Shown: piece after piece, positions 40,759 to 51,528 of the stretch
Layout: every line of letters begins with the position of its first letter
Numbering within the stretch: the stretch's first letter is position 1
Source: an uncultured Eubacteriales bacterium
GTDB taxonomy: Bacteria > Bacillota > Clostridia > Oscillospirales > CAG-272
Length of the DNA stretch: 64,000 nucleotides
Direction of reading: 5' to 3'
NCBI GenBank assembly: GCA_900546695.1
Contig: URDX01000002.1
Coordinates: 4,100-68,099 of the forward strand
The notes under the pieces: model-generated
The model's input: only the letters and a program-made list of their open reading frames with translations
What the model was told of the DNA's origin: nothing
Database searches by the model: none
Program-made: the position numbers and the translations under genes

Positions 40759-41295
40759 GTATTTTGGATTGAAATATGACAGAATAAAGATTTTTTTTGA
40801 AATCGGTGTTAATGATAATTTGGTAATAAGACGAGATATTCCCTTTTAATGCTTCAAATGCAATTAAAAGGATTTGAATGAGAATTGCGGTATTGCTTTG
40901 CAGCCCCGCTTGCCCGCATCATCCGCGCCTCCCGTTTATCGTCGGCTTTTCGCGCCCGTCATGCTGTCGGCGGAAGCTCCGCAGCCTGATTCCGTGCAGC
41001 TTACCGCCCCGCTGCAAACGTCAGCATGTGTATTATATTCGCGCGGCGGGCGGATGGTTACGCATGGGGGCGGTGCACAGGGGATTGTGGCATGCGGTGA
41101 CGTATTCCTTTGCGGACGGATACTGCCGTTTTTTGCGAAATTTCGGATAAGTGTGTATTTTTGTGCCGTATATGCATATTTTCTCTTTATTTTGTGCGGA
41201 GGATGTGATATAATGGGATAGACAATGCGGTGTGCCGTACGACCTGTCGGCACTTTTCCGCGAGCTGTATATATACTAATATGGGGGAAACTTCT

Positions 41296-42099
41296 ATGAA
41301 ATGCACACACTGCAACTTTACCACGACAGAGCGTATATCATACTGCCCTAACTGCGGTGCGCCGATGGTGCCCGAAGAGCAGATGTATACCGCCGCTGCT
41401 CAGAATGCCGCGGATGTCGGCTCGCGTGTTTATGCGGCGCTCGGCAGCGGGCTCTATCTTGCGCTCTGCATACTTGTCAGCGCGTCTGCGCTCATCGGCT
41501 GTTTTCAGGGTGTCTATTCGGTCACTGGCGTGCTCTTTACCGTCTTTCTGTGGATGGTCTTTGCCGCGCGCAGGAGCGGCAGAATTGACGTAGCGCGTCT
41601 GCGCTGCATCAGCGGTACCGTTCTTGCGGAAATGATAGTATTGCTGGTATTCGGCGGTCTCATGGCTATTATCGGCGTGCTGACCATGCTCATCACCTCT
41701 GCGTTCGGCTCGGGTGTGCTCGCCCAGGGCATTCATGATGCGCTCAATTCTTTGAATATCGGTTCGCTCGGCAGCCTTGGTTGGCTCACCTCCGGGCTTA
41801 TATCCGCATATGCCGTAGTTTTCGGCATTTTGGTTCTCATATATGCGGCTGCTGTTATTGCGGTGGCAATCCTCGGCTACGGAAAGCTTCATCGCTTCGC
41901 GCGTTCGGTATACAGACATGAGCTCGATCCGAGCGTTCCGTATGAGTGCGTTTCGGGCGCGCGGGCATGGACTATCGTTTATGCGGTCTTTGCAGGGCTC
42001 GGAATCGCTTCTACGGGCATCTCGAGTGCATGCAGCTGTGCTGCATATATAATCCTTTCACTCATCATCGGCAAGTATTTCATTCAGAAGGAACAATAA
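41296..42099 (+). CDS. Zinc-ribbon membrane protein
   Basis: MKCTHCNFTT..ISYCPNCGAPM is a CxxC...CxxC ribbon, followed by about 6 TM helices. ATG 41296 lies 7 nt after GGGGGA. Confidence 0.65.
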   Translation: MKCTHCNFTTTERISYCPNCGAPMVPEEQMYTAAAQNAADVGSRVYAALGSGLYLALCILVSASALIGCFQGVYSVTGVLFTVFLWMVFAARRSGRIDVARLRCISGTVLAEMIVLLVFGGLMAIIGVLTMLITSAFGSGVLAQGIHDALNSLNIGSLGSLGWLTSGLISAYAVVFGILVLIYAAAVIAVAILGYGKLHRFARSVYRHELDPSVPYECVSGARAWTIVYAVFAGLGIASTGISSACSCAAYIILSLIIGKYFIQKEQ

Positions 42100-42300
42100 G
42101 GTTCGGCGACGATCTTCCCGCATCGCGCTTATTCGATATGATTCGATGCGATTCGTAAAAAAGTGTATAAGCGGGGCGGCGGAAGCTTGTTTTTGAAAAC
42201 GAGTTTTCTCCGCCCTGTTTTCAATGCTACTTGCATACGGGGATATTTTGTGGTACAATATAAAAAACAGTTAAGACAGGTGATACGGAGGTCGGATGCT

Positions 42301-43143
42301 ATGAAAACGGCACTTGTACTTGAAGGCGGCGCAATGAGAGGAATGTACACTGCGGGCGTGCTCGATGTTCTTATCGAGTCGGGTGCGCGGTTTGACGGCG
42401 TTATAGGCGTGTCTGCAGGCGCGCTGTTCGGCATGAATTTTCTCTCGGGGCAGAAGGGCAGAGCGCTGCGCTATAATCAGAAATACAATCGCGACCGCGA
42501 CTACATGGGTCTGCGCCCGCTGCTGCGGGAGGGAAATATCGTTTCCACCGACTATGCGTATAATCGTGTGCCCGCCGTGCTCGACCCCTTCGACAACGAA
42601 AGGTTCAAGAAAAATCCGACGCCGTTCTACGCCGTAATGACAAACATCGTAACGGGAAAGCCCGAATACAAGCGGATACGCGACGTGTTCGCGCAGGTGG
42701 ATTGTCTGCGCGCGTCGGGCTCGATGCCGTATGTCTCCCGCCCCGTCGTCATAGGCGGAAAAAAGTATCTCGACGGCGCTATAACCGACAGCATACCGTA
42801 TGATTTTATGCTCTCAAAGGGCTATGACCGACTGCTCGTCGTGCTGACAAAGTGCGACGGCTACAAGAAAAAGCCCGCATCGCCGATGATGGCGGATCTC
42901 CGCTACGGTCTGAGATATCCCGAGCTTGCCATGCGCATCAAGAACCGCCATGTCATGTACAACGCACAGATATCGCGGCTGAAAAAGCTAGAGCGCCGCG
43001 GCGTCGCCGATGTGCTGCGTCCGTCGGTTCAGGTCGATCTGAGCAAGACCGAAAAGGACCCGAAAAAGCTCGAGGCGCTGTACCGCGTCGGCATTGAGGA
43101 TGCGCGTGCGTATATCGAGGCGCACGGTGTGCCGGGGAGATGA
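42301..43143 (+). CDS. Patatin-like phospholipase
   Basis: LVLEGGAMRGMYTAGVLD (oxyanion GGxR), GVSAGA (GxSxG) and a later DGA (catalytic Asp) are present. ATG 42301 follows GGAGG. Confidence 0.85.
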   Translation: MKTALVLEGGAMRGMYTAGVLDVLIESGARFDGVIGVSAGALFGMNFLSGQKGRALRYNQKYNRDRDYMGLRPLLREGNIVSTDYAYNRVPAVLDPFDNERFKKNPTPFYAVMTNIVTGKPEYKRIRDVFAQVDCLRASGSMPYVSRPVVIGGKKYLDGAITDSIPYDFMLSKGYDRLLVVLTKCDGYKKKPASPMMADLRYGLRYPELAMRIKNRHVMYNAQISRLKKLERRGVADVLRPSVQVDLSKTEKDPKKLEALYRVGIEDARAYIEAHGVPGR

Positions 43144-43612
43144 GCCGGGAAGCTATCCGGTACGATGATCGTAGCTGTTGAAGCCCTTATAAAACGAACC
43201 CGTTCAGGGTTAAGGAAAAATTCTCTTCGTTTTGCTTTTTAATTTACTTTGTATCTGCGTTTCTTCTTGATGTTAAAAATATTTGATTGCCGCATCGCAC
43301 CTACTCTTCCGGGTCTGTGCGATGTGTTTTTGTATGTGCTGCGCCGGTATGCAGCGTTCTCTTTGCTCTGTACCGTGTTTTTGCTGCGGCGGTACAAAAT
43401 GTTTCGGAATATTTTACCTTTATTTTACCTCCCCGTTATTGACAACGCGGAGCGTTTTTGATACAATGACTTCGAATTTGATTTTTTAAAGCACGTGAGA
43501 CGGCGGATGTGCCGCCGCGATGCAGCCGCTGCGGTGTATCGGAGTGCGGCGGAGCTGCTCGAAATTCCCCGCCATTGGGGGGAGCGGCGCTCGCATATGG
43601 GAGGATGACAAG

Positions 43613-45025
43613 ATGAGAAAGACTAAGATTGTATGTACGATAGGACCTGCCTGCGAGGATGAGCAGACTCTGATAGAAATGGTGAAGGCGGGAATGAACG
43701 TAGCAAGACTGAATTTCTCTCACGGCAAGCACGAGGAGCATCAGGAGAAGATAGATCTTATCAAGGCGGTTCGCAAAAAGCTCGGTGTTCCGCTTGCGAT
43801 AATGCTCGACACAAAGGGACCCGAATATCGCATAGGCACATTTAAGGATAAAAAGTGCGTGCTGCACGAGGGCGACCGCTTTGTGTTCACTCCCGATGAG
43901 ATAGAGGGCGACGAGACACGCGTATCGGTCAGCTACAAAAATCTTGCCGACGAGCTCGGCGTAGGCGATCAGGTGCTCGTAAACAACGGTCTGCTCATTT
44001 TTACCGTTACCGCGATAGAGGGCAGAGATGTCGTCTGCCGTGTCGATGAGGGCGGCGAGATATCAAACCGCAAGAGCATGAGCTTTCCCGGAAAGGTGCT
44101 GCACCAGATATATCTGAGTGAGCACGACAAGGAGGATCTGCTTTTCGGCATAAAGAACGATGTGGATTACATCGCGTGCTCGTTTGTTTCCTGCAAGCAG
44201 GATGTCCTCAATGTCGTAGATTTTCTCCGCGAGAACGGCGCAGACAAGATGGGCATCATAGCAAAGATAGAAAACCGCTCGGGCATAGATAATATAGAAG
44301 ATATCTGCTCGGTCTGCGACGGTATCATGATAGGCAGAGGCGATATGGGCGTTGAAATACCGTTCGAGGAGCTCCCCGCGATACAAAAGGGGCTTATAAC
44401 AAAGTGCCGTCTGCTCGGTAAGCGCGTTATCACCGCGACCGAAATGCTCGAGTCGATGATAAACAACCCCCGCCCGACAAGAGCGGAGATATCCGACGTT
44501 GCAAACGCCGTCTATGACGGTACGAGCGCCATCATGCTTTCGGGCGAGACCGCAGCGGGCAGGCACCCCGTGCTGACCGTTGCAACGATGTCGAAGATAG
44601 CGGAGGCGACGGAGGAAAGCATCAGCTATCGCGAGCGTTTCCACAATGCGACATTCCGCATTCGTAACGAGATAGACGCTATCTCGCATTCGGTCTGCGG
44701 CATGGCGATGGATATCGGCGCAAAGGCGATAGTTGTCTGCTCGATATCGGGAATGACCGCGCGCATGGTCTCCCGTTTCCGCCCGCCCGTAGATATTATC
44801 GGGCTCTCGGTAAACGAAAAAACATGGCATCAGCTTTCGCTCTCATGGGGTGTAACTCCCGTGATGTGCGAGCTCTATCCGTCGACCGACGTGCTCTTTT
44901 ATACCGCAAAGCGGCTTGCAAAGCAGACGCTCGGTCTGCAGAAGGGCGACCGCATGATAATCACCGGCGGCACGGCTACGGGTACTACCGGCAATACGAA
45001 CACGATACGTGTTGAGACAATATGA
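43613..45025 (+). CDS. pyk: Pyruvate kinase (canonical, about 470 aa)
   Basis: KIVCTIGPA, RLNFSHG, LDTKGPE, KIENRSGIDN, GRGDMGVEI, ATEMLESM, PTRAE and MLSGETA are present. Confidence 0.95.
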   Translation: MRKTKIVCTIGPACEDEQTLIEMVKAGMNVARLNFSHGKHEEHQEKIDLIKAVRKKLGVPLAIMLDTKGPEYRIGTFKDKKCVLHEGDRFVFTPDEIEGDETRVSVSYKNLADELGVGDQVLVNNGLLIFTVTAIEGRDVVCRVDEGGEISNRKSMSFPGKVLHQIYLSEHDKEDLLFGIKNDVDYIACSFVSCKQDVLNVVDFLRENGADKMGIIAKIENRSGIDNIEDICSVCDGIMIGRGDMGVEIPFEELPAIQKGLITKCRLLGKRVITATEMLESMINNPRPTRAEISDVANAVYDGTSAIMLSGETAAGRHPVLTVATMSKIAEATEESISYRERFHNATFRIRNEIDAISHSVCGMAMDIGAKAIVVCSISGMTARMVSRFRPPVDIIGLSVNEKTWHQLSLSWGVTPVMCELYPSTDVLFYTAKRLAKQTLGLQKGDRMIITGGTATGTTGNTNTIRVETI

Positions 45026-45047
45026 TATAAATTTAATAAGAAATATG

Positions 45048-45080
45048 GACGTGCGGGAGCAATCCCGTGCGTCTTTTTTT
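45048..45080 (+). terminator. pyk terminator
   Basis: 11-bp arms gacgtgcggga and tcccgtgcgtc (two G-U pairs), loop gcaa, then T7 at 45074-45080. Confidence 0.7.
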
Positions 45081-45398
45081 CTTGTGTGATATGATATTCG
45101 TTTTCATATGTAATTAATATGTCTGATATATCTCATACAAATACCGAATATTGTTTGTATATGCATGCTGCATGTGGGAATTTAATGTAAGCGCATCAAT
45201 TATATGGCAAGACGCGCCTGATATTATGTCATAAGCGCTCATCAATAACATCTCTGATTGTGCATAATGATGGCAAAATCAAATAACATAATTTGACAAA
45301 GTACATCCTGAAAACGCTGTTTCGAAAGCAAAAATGTGATTTTGTGACATTTTAGTTTTCTTTTTCACATTACGGAACGAAAAACTTCTCAAAACTAC

Positions 45399-45427
45399 TT
45401 GATTATTTTCAAAAAATGTGTTATCAT
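45399..45427 (+). promoter_or_regulatory. Promoter candidate (TTGATT-17 nt-TGtTATCAT)
   Basis: -35 at 45399-45404; extended -10 at 45419-45427. It lies about 440 nt upstream of the sugar ABC ATPase start. Confidence 0.4.
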
Positions 45428-45868
45428 GAGCGTGCAAATAAAAAAACTGCGAAGAACAGTTCGCCCTATGTTTCAGGAATCCCGTAATTTATATAGTTTT
45501 CTTTGACTTGCAATTACCGTGGGTATCTCATCTGTCTTTCCCGCGCGGTGCGGTTTGGTCAGAGAAAGCATAGGGCGAATTTTTTCTTCCTATCAGTACC
45601 GCAGGTCGGTGCGACTCACCGTCCGACAGGTCGGTGGTGAGGGGGCGCTTTTCCGGCGCAGCATCGCGCAGACTCGGCAACCGTGCTGCCGCAACATGTC
45701 CGTATATAGGGTGAGCGGATATGCGGCGGGCGGGGCTGCGGGTGAGGGCAGCAGTGCAGGAGGGCTGCCCGTGGAGGTCGGCGCGTGCAAGGGTGATGCA
45801 TGCGGCGCGATAAGCGGAAAGGCGGAGCCGACGCAGATGAAAACTCAAGGAGGAGAAAGAAAAACCAA

Positions 45869-47368
45869 ATGGAAAAAACGGTTCTTAAAATGAGCGGTAT
45901 ATCAAAGCAGTTCTCGGGCGTTTATGCGCTGCGGGATGTCAGCTTTGATCTGCGTGCGGGTGAAGTGCATGCGCTCATGGGCGAGAACGGAGCCGGAAAG
46001 TCTACTCTGATGAAGATACTGTGCGGTATCTATCCGAGGGACGGCGGAGAGGTAGAGCTCTTCGAAAAGCCGGTCGAGTTCAAGAATATTTCGGAATCGC
46101 AGGCGGCGGGCATCAGCATCATACATCAGGAGCTGAATATGATGAACCATCTGACTGTCGCACAGAATATCTACATCGGCAGAGAGCCGAAAAAGGGCAT
46201 ATTCATCGACGACCGAAGGATGATAGCGGATGCGCAGAAGCTTTTTGAACGTATCGGCGTTGATATCGACCCGTCGGTCAAGCTCGGCAGTCTCACCGTC
46301 GGCAAGCAGCAGATGGTCGAGATAGCAAAGGCTGTCTCGCATGAGAGCAGGATACTTGTTCTTGACGAGCCGACGGCGGCGTTGACCGAGGCGGAGGTTG
46401 AGGAGCTGTTCGCCATCATGAACGATCTGCGCTCACGCGGCATCGGCATGATATACATCTCTCACCGCATGAACGAGATAACGAGGATATCCGATCGAGT
46501 TACCGTTATGCGTGACGGAACATACGTCGGAACGGTCAATACAGCCGACACTACCAAGGATGAGATAGTTAAAATGATGGTCGGACGGGTTATTCTCGGC
46601 GACCGTAAGCAGAAGAGTAACTGTCCGCCTGACGCGGAAACGGTGCTTGAGGTGCGAAATCTCTATTCGGGCAAGGCTGTACGAGATGTCAGCTTTAAGC
46701 TGCGGCGCGGTGAGATACTGGGCTTTGCAGGGCTAATGGGCGCAGGCAGAACCGAGACGGCGAGAGCCATCTACGGTGCCGACCCGATAGACAGCGGAGA
46801 GATATATGTCGGCGGAAAGCGCGTCGTACTCGGCACACCGCAGAAAGCGGTCAAGGCGGGTATCTGCTATCTCTCGGAGGACAGAAAGCGCTACGGGCTT
46901 ATGCTCGACAAGTCGGTCGCGGAGAATACCGCGCTCGCGTCGCTCGACAGCTTTATCTCGGGCGGTATCATCCGTGACGGTAGGATAGTACGCGCTGCTG
47001 AGGAGTATAACGCAAAGCTGAGAACAAAGACCCCTTCGATGCAGCAGAAGCTGCGCAATCTCTCGGGCGGAAATCAACAGAAGGTCATTATCGCCCGTTG
47101 GTTGCTTCGCGACTCTGATATATTCATTTTCGATGAGCCGACGCGGGGTATTGATGTCGGCGCAAAGAGTGAGATATATACCCTTATCGAGCAGCTTGCA
47201 GCTGACGGAAAAGCGATAATCGTCATTTCCTCGGAGCTTGCCGAGATACAGAGGGTATGCGACCGCGTTGTGGTCATGTGCGAGGGCAGAAAGACTGCAG
47301 AGCTCGACATAGGTGACGCAACGCAGGAAGAAATAATGAAATATGCGACCATGAGGGAGGAGATATAA
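45869..47368 (+). CDS. Sugar ABC transporter ATP-binding protein, duplicated NBD (RbsA/MglA-like)
   Basis: GENGAGKST, then a second NBD with GLMGAGRTE and LSGGNQQK. ATG 45869 follows AAGGAGGAG. Confidence 0.9.
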   Translation: MEKTVLKMSGISKQFSGVYALRDVSFDLRAGEVHALMGENGAGKSTLMKILCGIYPRDGGEVELFEKPVEFKNISESQAAGISIIHQELNMMNHLTVAQNIYIGREPKKGIFIDDRRMIADAQKLFERIGVDIDPSVKLGSLTVGKQQMVEIAKAVSHESRILVLDEPTAALTEAEVEELFAIMNDLRSRGIGMIYISHRMNEITRISDRVTVMRDGTYVGTVNTADTTKDEIVKMMVGRVILGDRKQKSNCPPDAETVLEVRNLYSGKAVRDVSFKLRRGEILGFAGLMGAGRTETARAIYGADPIDSGEIYVGGKRVVLGTPQKAVKAGICYLSEDRKRYGLMLDKSVAENTALASLDSFISGGIIRDGRIVRAAEEYNAKLRTKTPSMQQKLRNLSGGNQQKVIIARWLLRDSDIFIFDEPTRGIDVGAKSEIYTLIEQLAADGKAIIVISSELAEIQRVCDRVVVMCEGRKTAELDIGDATQEEIMKYATMREEI

Positions 47369-48406
47369 ATGGAACAAAAAAATAAAGGGCGCAAAAAGGT
47401 ATCGTTCGGTAATCTTATCATTCTGATAGCACTTGTAGTGCTGATAGCACTGTTCTATCTTCTGAATCCGAATTTTCTGAATTCCTATAATGTGCTGAGT
47501 ATGATGCAGTCGCTTGCACCGTATGCCATTATGGCGCTCGGCGTGACCTTTGTAATCGCTACAGGCGGCATTGACCTCTCGATAGGTACAACATGTATCG
47601 CCGCCGCGGTCGTTGCGGGTAAGTTCTATACAACGGGTGCGTACCCGCTGTGGGCTGTCATTCCGATAATGATAGCCATCGGCACCGCTGTCGGTCTGCT
47701 CAACGGCGTTCTCATCGCTAAGCTAAAGATGCCCGCGTTTATCGCAACACTCGGTACCATGATGCTCACCCGCGGACTCAGTGCTCTTGTCGTAAAGGAC
47801 CCTAACATCTTCTTCCCGACGGGCACATGGTTCAACAGCGTTTTCTCCGCAGCGGGTAAGGTCCCGACAGGGCTGTTCTGGGTGCTCGGATTTATGCTGA
47901 TCTGCATGTATTTGATGTATAAAAACCGTATCGGCAGATACATACTTTCAATAGGAAGCAACGAGGAGGCTACAAGGCTCTCGGGTATCAATACCGATAA
48001 GTATAAGATTATTGCGTATGTATTCAGTGGCTGCGCGGCAGGTATCGCGGCTATCTTCTGGTCTGCGGCATTCCCGACCGTCGCTGCCGCAACGGGCAAC
48101 GGCATGGAGCTCGACGCTATCGCGGGTGTCTATATCGGCGGAACGAGCGCTGCAGGCGGCGTTGCGTCGGTCACGGGCTCGGCAATCGGTTCGCTCATGC
48201 TTGTTGTTATCCGCTCGGGACTTAACTTCGTTCTCGCGAGATTCAATATCAATCTCAATGCGACCTACGTTACCTACGTACTCACCGGTATCATCGTTGT
48301 TGTATCCGTTCTGATGGACGTTCTCAAGAACAAGGATGAGGGCAGAGTGCGCGTAGATAAGAAAAAAATAAAGAAGGAGGAAGGAGGACAGACGCAGACG
48401 AAGTGA
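47369..48406 (+). CDS. Sugar ABC transporter permease (RbsC-like)
   Basis: 345 aa, polytopic. ATGGIDLSIGT is typical of the CUT2 permease family. Confidence 0.85.
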   Translation: MEQKNKGRKKVSFGNLIILIALVVLIALFYLLNPNFLNSYNVLSMMQSLAPYAIMALGVTFVIATGGIDLSIGTTCIAAAVVAGKFYTTGAYPLWAVIPIMIAIGTAVGLLNGVLIAKLKMPAFIATLGTMMLTRGLSALVVKDPNIFFPTGTWFNSVFSAAGKVPTGLFWVLGFMLICMYLMYKNRIGRYILSIGSNEEATRLSGINTDKYKIIAYVFSGCAAGIAAIFWSAAFPTVAAATGNGMELDAIAGVYIGGTSAAGGVASVTGSAIGSLMLVVIRSGLNFVLARFNINLNATYVTYVLTGIIVVVSVLMDVLKNKDEGRVRVDKKKIKKEEGGQTQTK

Positions 48407-48475
48407 TCGGCCGTGCAGTACCGATCGAAAAAACAAAAAAACCGCCATGTGCGGAAAAAAAGAGAGGAAACAGTC

Positions 48476-49537
48476 ATGAGAAAAATACGTATTCTCAGTA
48501 TCTTGCTTGCAACAATGCTTGCAGCACTGCCGCTTGCAGGCTGCGGTACGCAGTCGAATGATAACAAAGGGGGCTCGACGACGGATAAGACCATCGCGGT
48601 CGTCGCAAAGGGCGAGTCCCATGCTTTCTGGCAGTCGGTAAAGAAGGGCGCAGAGGACGCGGCGGCGAAGTACGGCTATAAAATCACCTTCCGCGGTCCT
48701 GCATCCGAATCGGCAAAGGATCTCCCCTCGCAGATGGAAATGGTAAGAACGGCGCTGTCGAACGGCTGCTCCGCACTCGTTCTCGGAACGATAGGTGAGG
48801 GCTTTAATGATATGCTTGCACAGGCTAAGGACAGCAATATCCCTGTTGTTCAGTTCGACAGCGGCGTATGGCAGGCGGATATCGATGCGCTCAATAAGTC
48901 AGGCAAGAATCCGATAGTTTCAAGCGTTGCTACGAGCAACCGTCTCGCGGCGGGTATTGCTGCAGAGCACTTCTTTGCAGAGCTGAAGGATGAGATCGCT
49001 GCATCGACCGATGGATATGTGATCGGCGTTATCCAGCACGACGAGACCCAGACGGGTATCGACCGTGCGGGCGGATTTATCGACAAGTTCACCGAGCTTG
49101 CAGATGCAGATGCGACCACGAAGGGCAAGTATACCATCGAGAAGGAAGTAAAGCCCGGCGACGCGGACAATGCATACAAGACCGCGCTTGAGGCTCTCTA
49201 CGAGAAGAATGCAAAGGCTATATTTATGTCGAATGAGGGCGTTGTAAAGCAGGTAAGCGACGCTGTCAGCGCAGCGGGAACAAAGTATGACGCAGTCAAG
49301 TTCTGCGGCTTCGACGCAGGCTCAAAGCAGATAGAGTGGATGAAGGCATCCTCGGGTCCGAAGCTCGTAGGCGCGGTCGCACAGGATTCCTATCAGATAG
49401 GCTACAGTGCCGTTGAGCAGGCTGTATTCGCTATTGAGGGCAAGACCGTTACCGCCGATGTAGGCATCGAGGGTACATGGTGGGATTCGACCAACGTTGA
49501 CGAGATGGTGGCTTCCAACATCGTTTACGAGGGCTGA
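48476..49537 (+). CDS. Sugar ABC transporter substrate-binding lipoprotein (RbsB-like)
   Basis: MRKIRILSILLATMLAALPLAGC has a lipobox. A periplasmic-binding-protein type-I layout follows. Confidence 0.8.
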   Translation: MRKIRILSILLATMLAALPLAGCGTQSNDNKGGSTTDKTIAVVAKGESHAFWQSVKKGAEDAAAKYGYKITFRGPASESAKDLPSQMEMVRTALSNGCSALVLGTIGEGFNDMLAQAKDSNIPVVQFDSGVWQADIDALNKSGKNPIVSSVATSNRLAAGIAAEHFFAELKDEIAASTDGYVIGVIQHDETQTGIDRAGGFIDKFTELADADATTKGKYTIEKEVKPGDADNAYKTALEALYEKNAKAIFMSNEGVVKQVSDAVSAAGTKYDAVKFCGFDAGSKQIEWMKASSGPKLVGAVAQDSYQIGYSAVEQAVFAIEGKTVTADVGIEGTWWDSTNVDEMVASNIVYEG

Positions 49538-49671
49538 TATCTATCGTTGCTCGAATAGGCGCTTCTCACAGCGGCTGCATTTCCGCGTGCGGATGTGAGC
49601 CGACCGTGAGTTGAAGGCGTGATGTCAGCGAAAAGCTAAATATGCATGGCTGCCGATTATATGCAGCCCAT

Positions 49672-49710
49672 CCCCGCCCCGCGCAGACTTTGTGCGGGGC
49701 GGGGATTTGA
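49672..49710 (+). terminator. Terminator candidate after the sugar ABC operon
   Basis: Arms ccccgccccgc and gcggggcgggg, followed by atttgactttt (interrupted T-run). Confidence 0.45.
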
Positions 49711-49938
49711 CTTTTACCGAGAGACGGCGGTTTTGTGTACTGCCTTGCGATAATTGGCATATTCAGTAATCGCGTGCTGCTTGCCGCTGATTTTGCTTGA
49801 CTTTTGTGAACAAAGATATTATAATGTATTATACTGTGCCTGAAAGAGACGGCGCGCATGGGCTGCGCACAGCCGCGGATGTATTGTCGGCGGCATTGCA
49901 GTCCGTTTTATCTGATACATATTTTCGGAGGATATCTA

Positions 49939-51303
49939 ATGGAAAAGGCAAGAGAATCGTTCGGTTCGCGGCTTGGCTTTCTTTTGGTCAGCGCGGGCTG
50001 TGCCATCGGCATCGGAAACGTATGGAGATTTCCGTTCGTCGTAGGGCAGAACGGCGGCGGAATATTTGTGCTCATCTATCTCATTATGCTCGTCGTTATG
50101 GGACTTCCCGTGCTGTCGATGGAGCTTGCGGTGGGCAGAGCAAGCCGCAAGAGCGCGGTGCTCGCGTATAAGGCGCTGGAAAAGCCCGGTACAAAGTGGC
50201 ATATTCACGGCTGGTTTGCAATTGTCGGCTGCTATTTGCTCATGATGTACTATACGACAGTCTCGGGTTGGATGCTCAACTATTTCTTTAAGTTTACAAC
50301 AGGGACCTTCACACACGGTATGGATACCGAGGCATGCGGGAGTGTTTTCTCGGACATGCTCGCCGCGCCGGGTGAGATGGGTCTTTGGATGGCGATAACC
50401 GTCGTTGCGGGAATACTCGTGTGCAGCATCGGCGTGCAGAAGGGTCTGGAGCGTATCAGCAAGTTCATGATGAGTGCGTTGTTTGCGCTTATCGTCGTTC
50501 TTGCCGTGCACAGTCTGACGCTTTCGGGCGCGGGAGCGGGTATCCGTTTCTATCTTGTACCGAACATCGAAAATGTCCGAGCGGTAGGCCTGGGCAACGT
50601 CATCGTTGCGGCGATGAATCAGGCGTTCTTTACGCTCAGTCTCGGTATCGCGGCTATGGAGATATTCGGCAGCTATATGAGTCGCGAAAGCACGCTGCTC
50701 GGAGAGGGCGCGCACATCTGTGCGCTTGATACCTTCGTTGCGGTAGCGTCGGGGCTTATCATCTTCCCCGCATGCTTCAGCTACGGGGTCGAGGTAACTC
50801 AAGGCCCGAGCCTTATATTCGTCACCCTGCCTAATGTGTTCGTAAACATGTCGGGCGGGCGCGTCTGGGGCAGTCTGTTCTTCCTCTTTATGACCTTCGC
50901 ATCCTTTTCTACGGTCATTGCCGTTTTCGAGAATATTATGTCCTCCTGTATGGATAACTTCGGCTGGAGCCGCAGGAAGGCTGCGCTCATCAACGGCATC
51001 GTTATCCTGATAGCAAGCGTTCCGTGCGTGCTCGGATACAACATTCTCAGCGGCTTCCATCCCATCGGCGGCAGAGATATACTCGACAGCGAGGACTTCC
51101 TTGTCAGTAATGTTCTTCTCCCTCTCGGCTCGCTCGTATACCTGCTTTTCTGCGTAACTAAGTGGGGCTGGGGCTTCAAGAATTATCAGGCAGAGGCAAA
51201 TATCGGCAAGGGTATGAAGGTCGCTTCGTGGATGAAGTGGTACTTCATGATAGTCATTCCGATACTGATAATCGCTATCTTTATTATCGGTATCATCGGC
51301 TGA
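49939..51303 (+). CDS. Sodium-dependent transporter, NSS/SNF family
   Basis: SAGCAIGIGNVWRFPF is the NSS signature. About 12 TM. ATG 49939 follows GGAGG. Confidence 0.9.
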   Translation: MEKARESFGSRLGFLLVSAGCAIGIGNVWRFPFVVGQNGGGIFVLIYLIMLVVMGLPVLSMELAVGRASRKSAVLAYKALEKPGTKWHIHGWFAIVGCYLLMMYYTTVSGWMLNYFFKFTTGTFTHGMDTEACGSVFSDMLAAPGEMGLWMAITVVAGILVCSIGVQKGLERISKFMMSALFALIVVLAVHSLTLSGAGAGIRFYLVPNIENVRAVGLGNVIVAAMNQAFFTLSLGIAAMEIFGSYMSRESTLLGEGAHICALDTFVAVASGLIIFPACFSYGVEVTQGPSLIFVTLPNVFVNMSGGRVWGSLFFLFMTFASFSTVIAVFENIMSSCMDNFGWSRRKAALINGIVILIASVPCVLGYNILSGFHPIGGRDILDSEDFLVSNVLLPLGSLVYLLFCVTKWGWGFKNYQAEANIGKGMKVASWMKWYFMIVIPILIIAIFIIGIIG

Positions 51304-51372
51304 TAACCGATTCACTGTCGGTCGGCATGTCTGCATTCACAGCCCGAGCAACAAATACAGTAGCATAAAAAG

Positions 51373-51419
51373 CGGCATCCGCTGCGCCCGTGGAGGACGT
51401 GCGGATGCCGTGTTTTTTT
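51373..51419. terminator. Bidirectional terminator between the convergent NSS and EamA genes
   Basis: Arms cggcatccgc and gcggatgccg, flanked by aaaaag on the left and tgttttttt on the right. Confidence 0.65.
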
Positions 51420-51528
51420 CGGTAATGCCGTGCGAATTTCGCTGCATGCATCATGCAGACACTGCCGCGAGCCGTGTAAGGCAGACTCTGCCGCGTGCCG
51501 CATCGAACGATTTTCGACGCGCACCGTG

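Noticed and set aside
42301-43143. Patatin-like phospholipase as part of a defense system (e.g. CBASS-type effector)
   Set aside because: It is a stand-alone gene between a zinc-ribbon membrane protein and pyk. No cyclase, sensor or other partner gene is adjacent.
45519-45860. Cobalamin, T-box or c-di-GMP riboswitch upstream of the sugar ABC operon
   Set aside because: I could not find the diagnostic conserved boxes by eye, so it is reported only as an unexplained leader.
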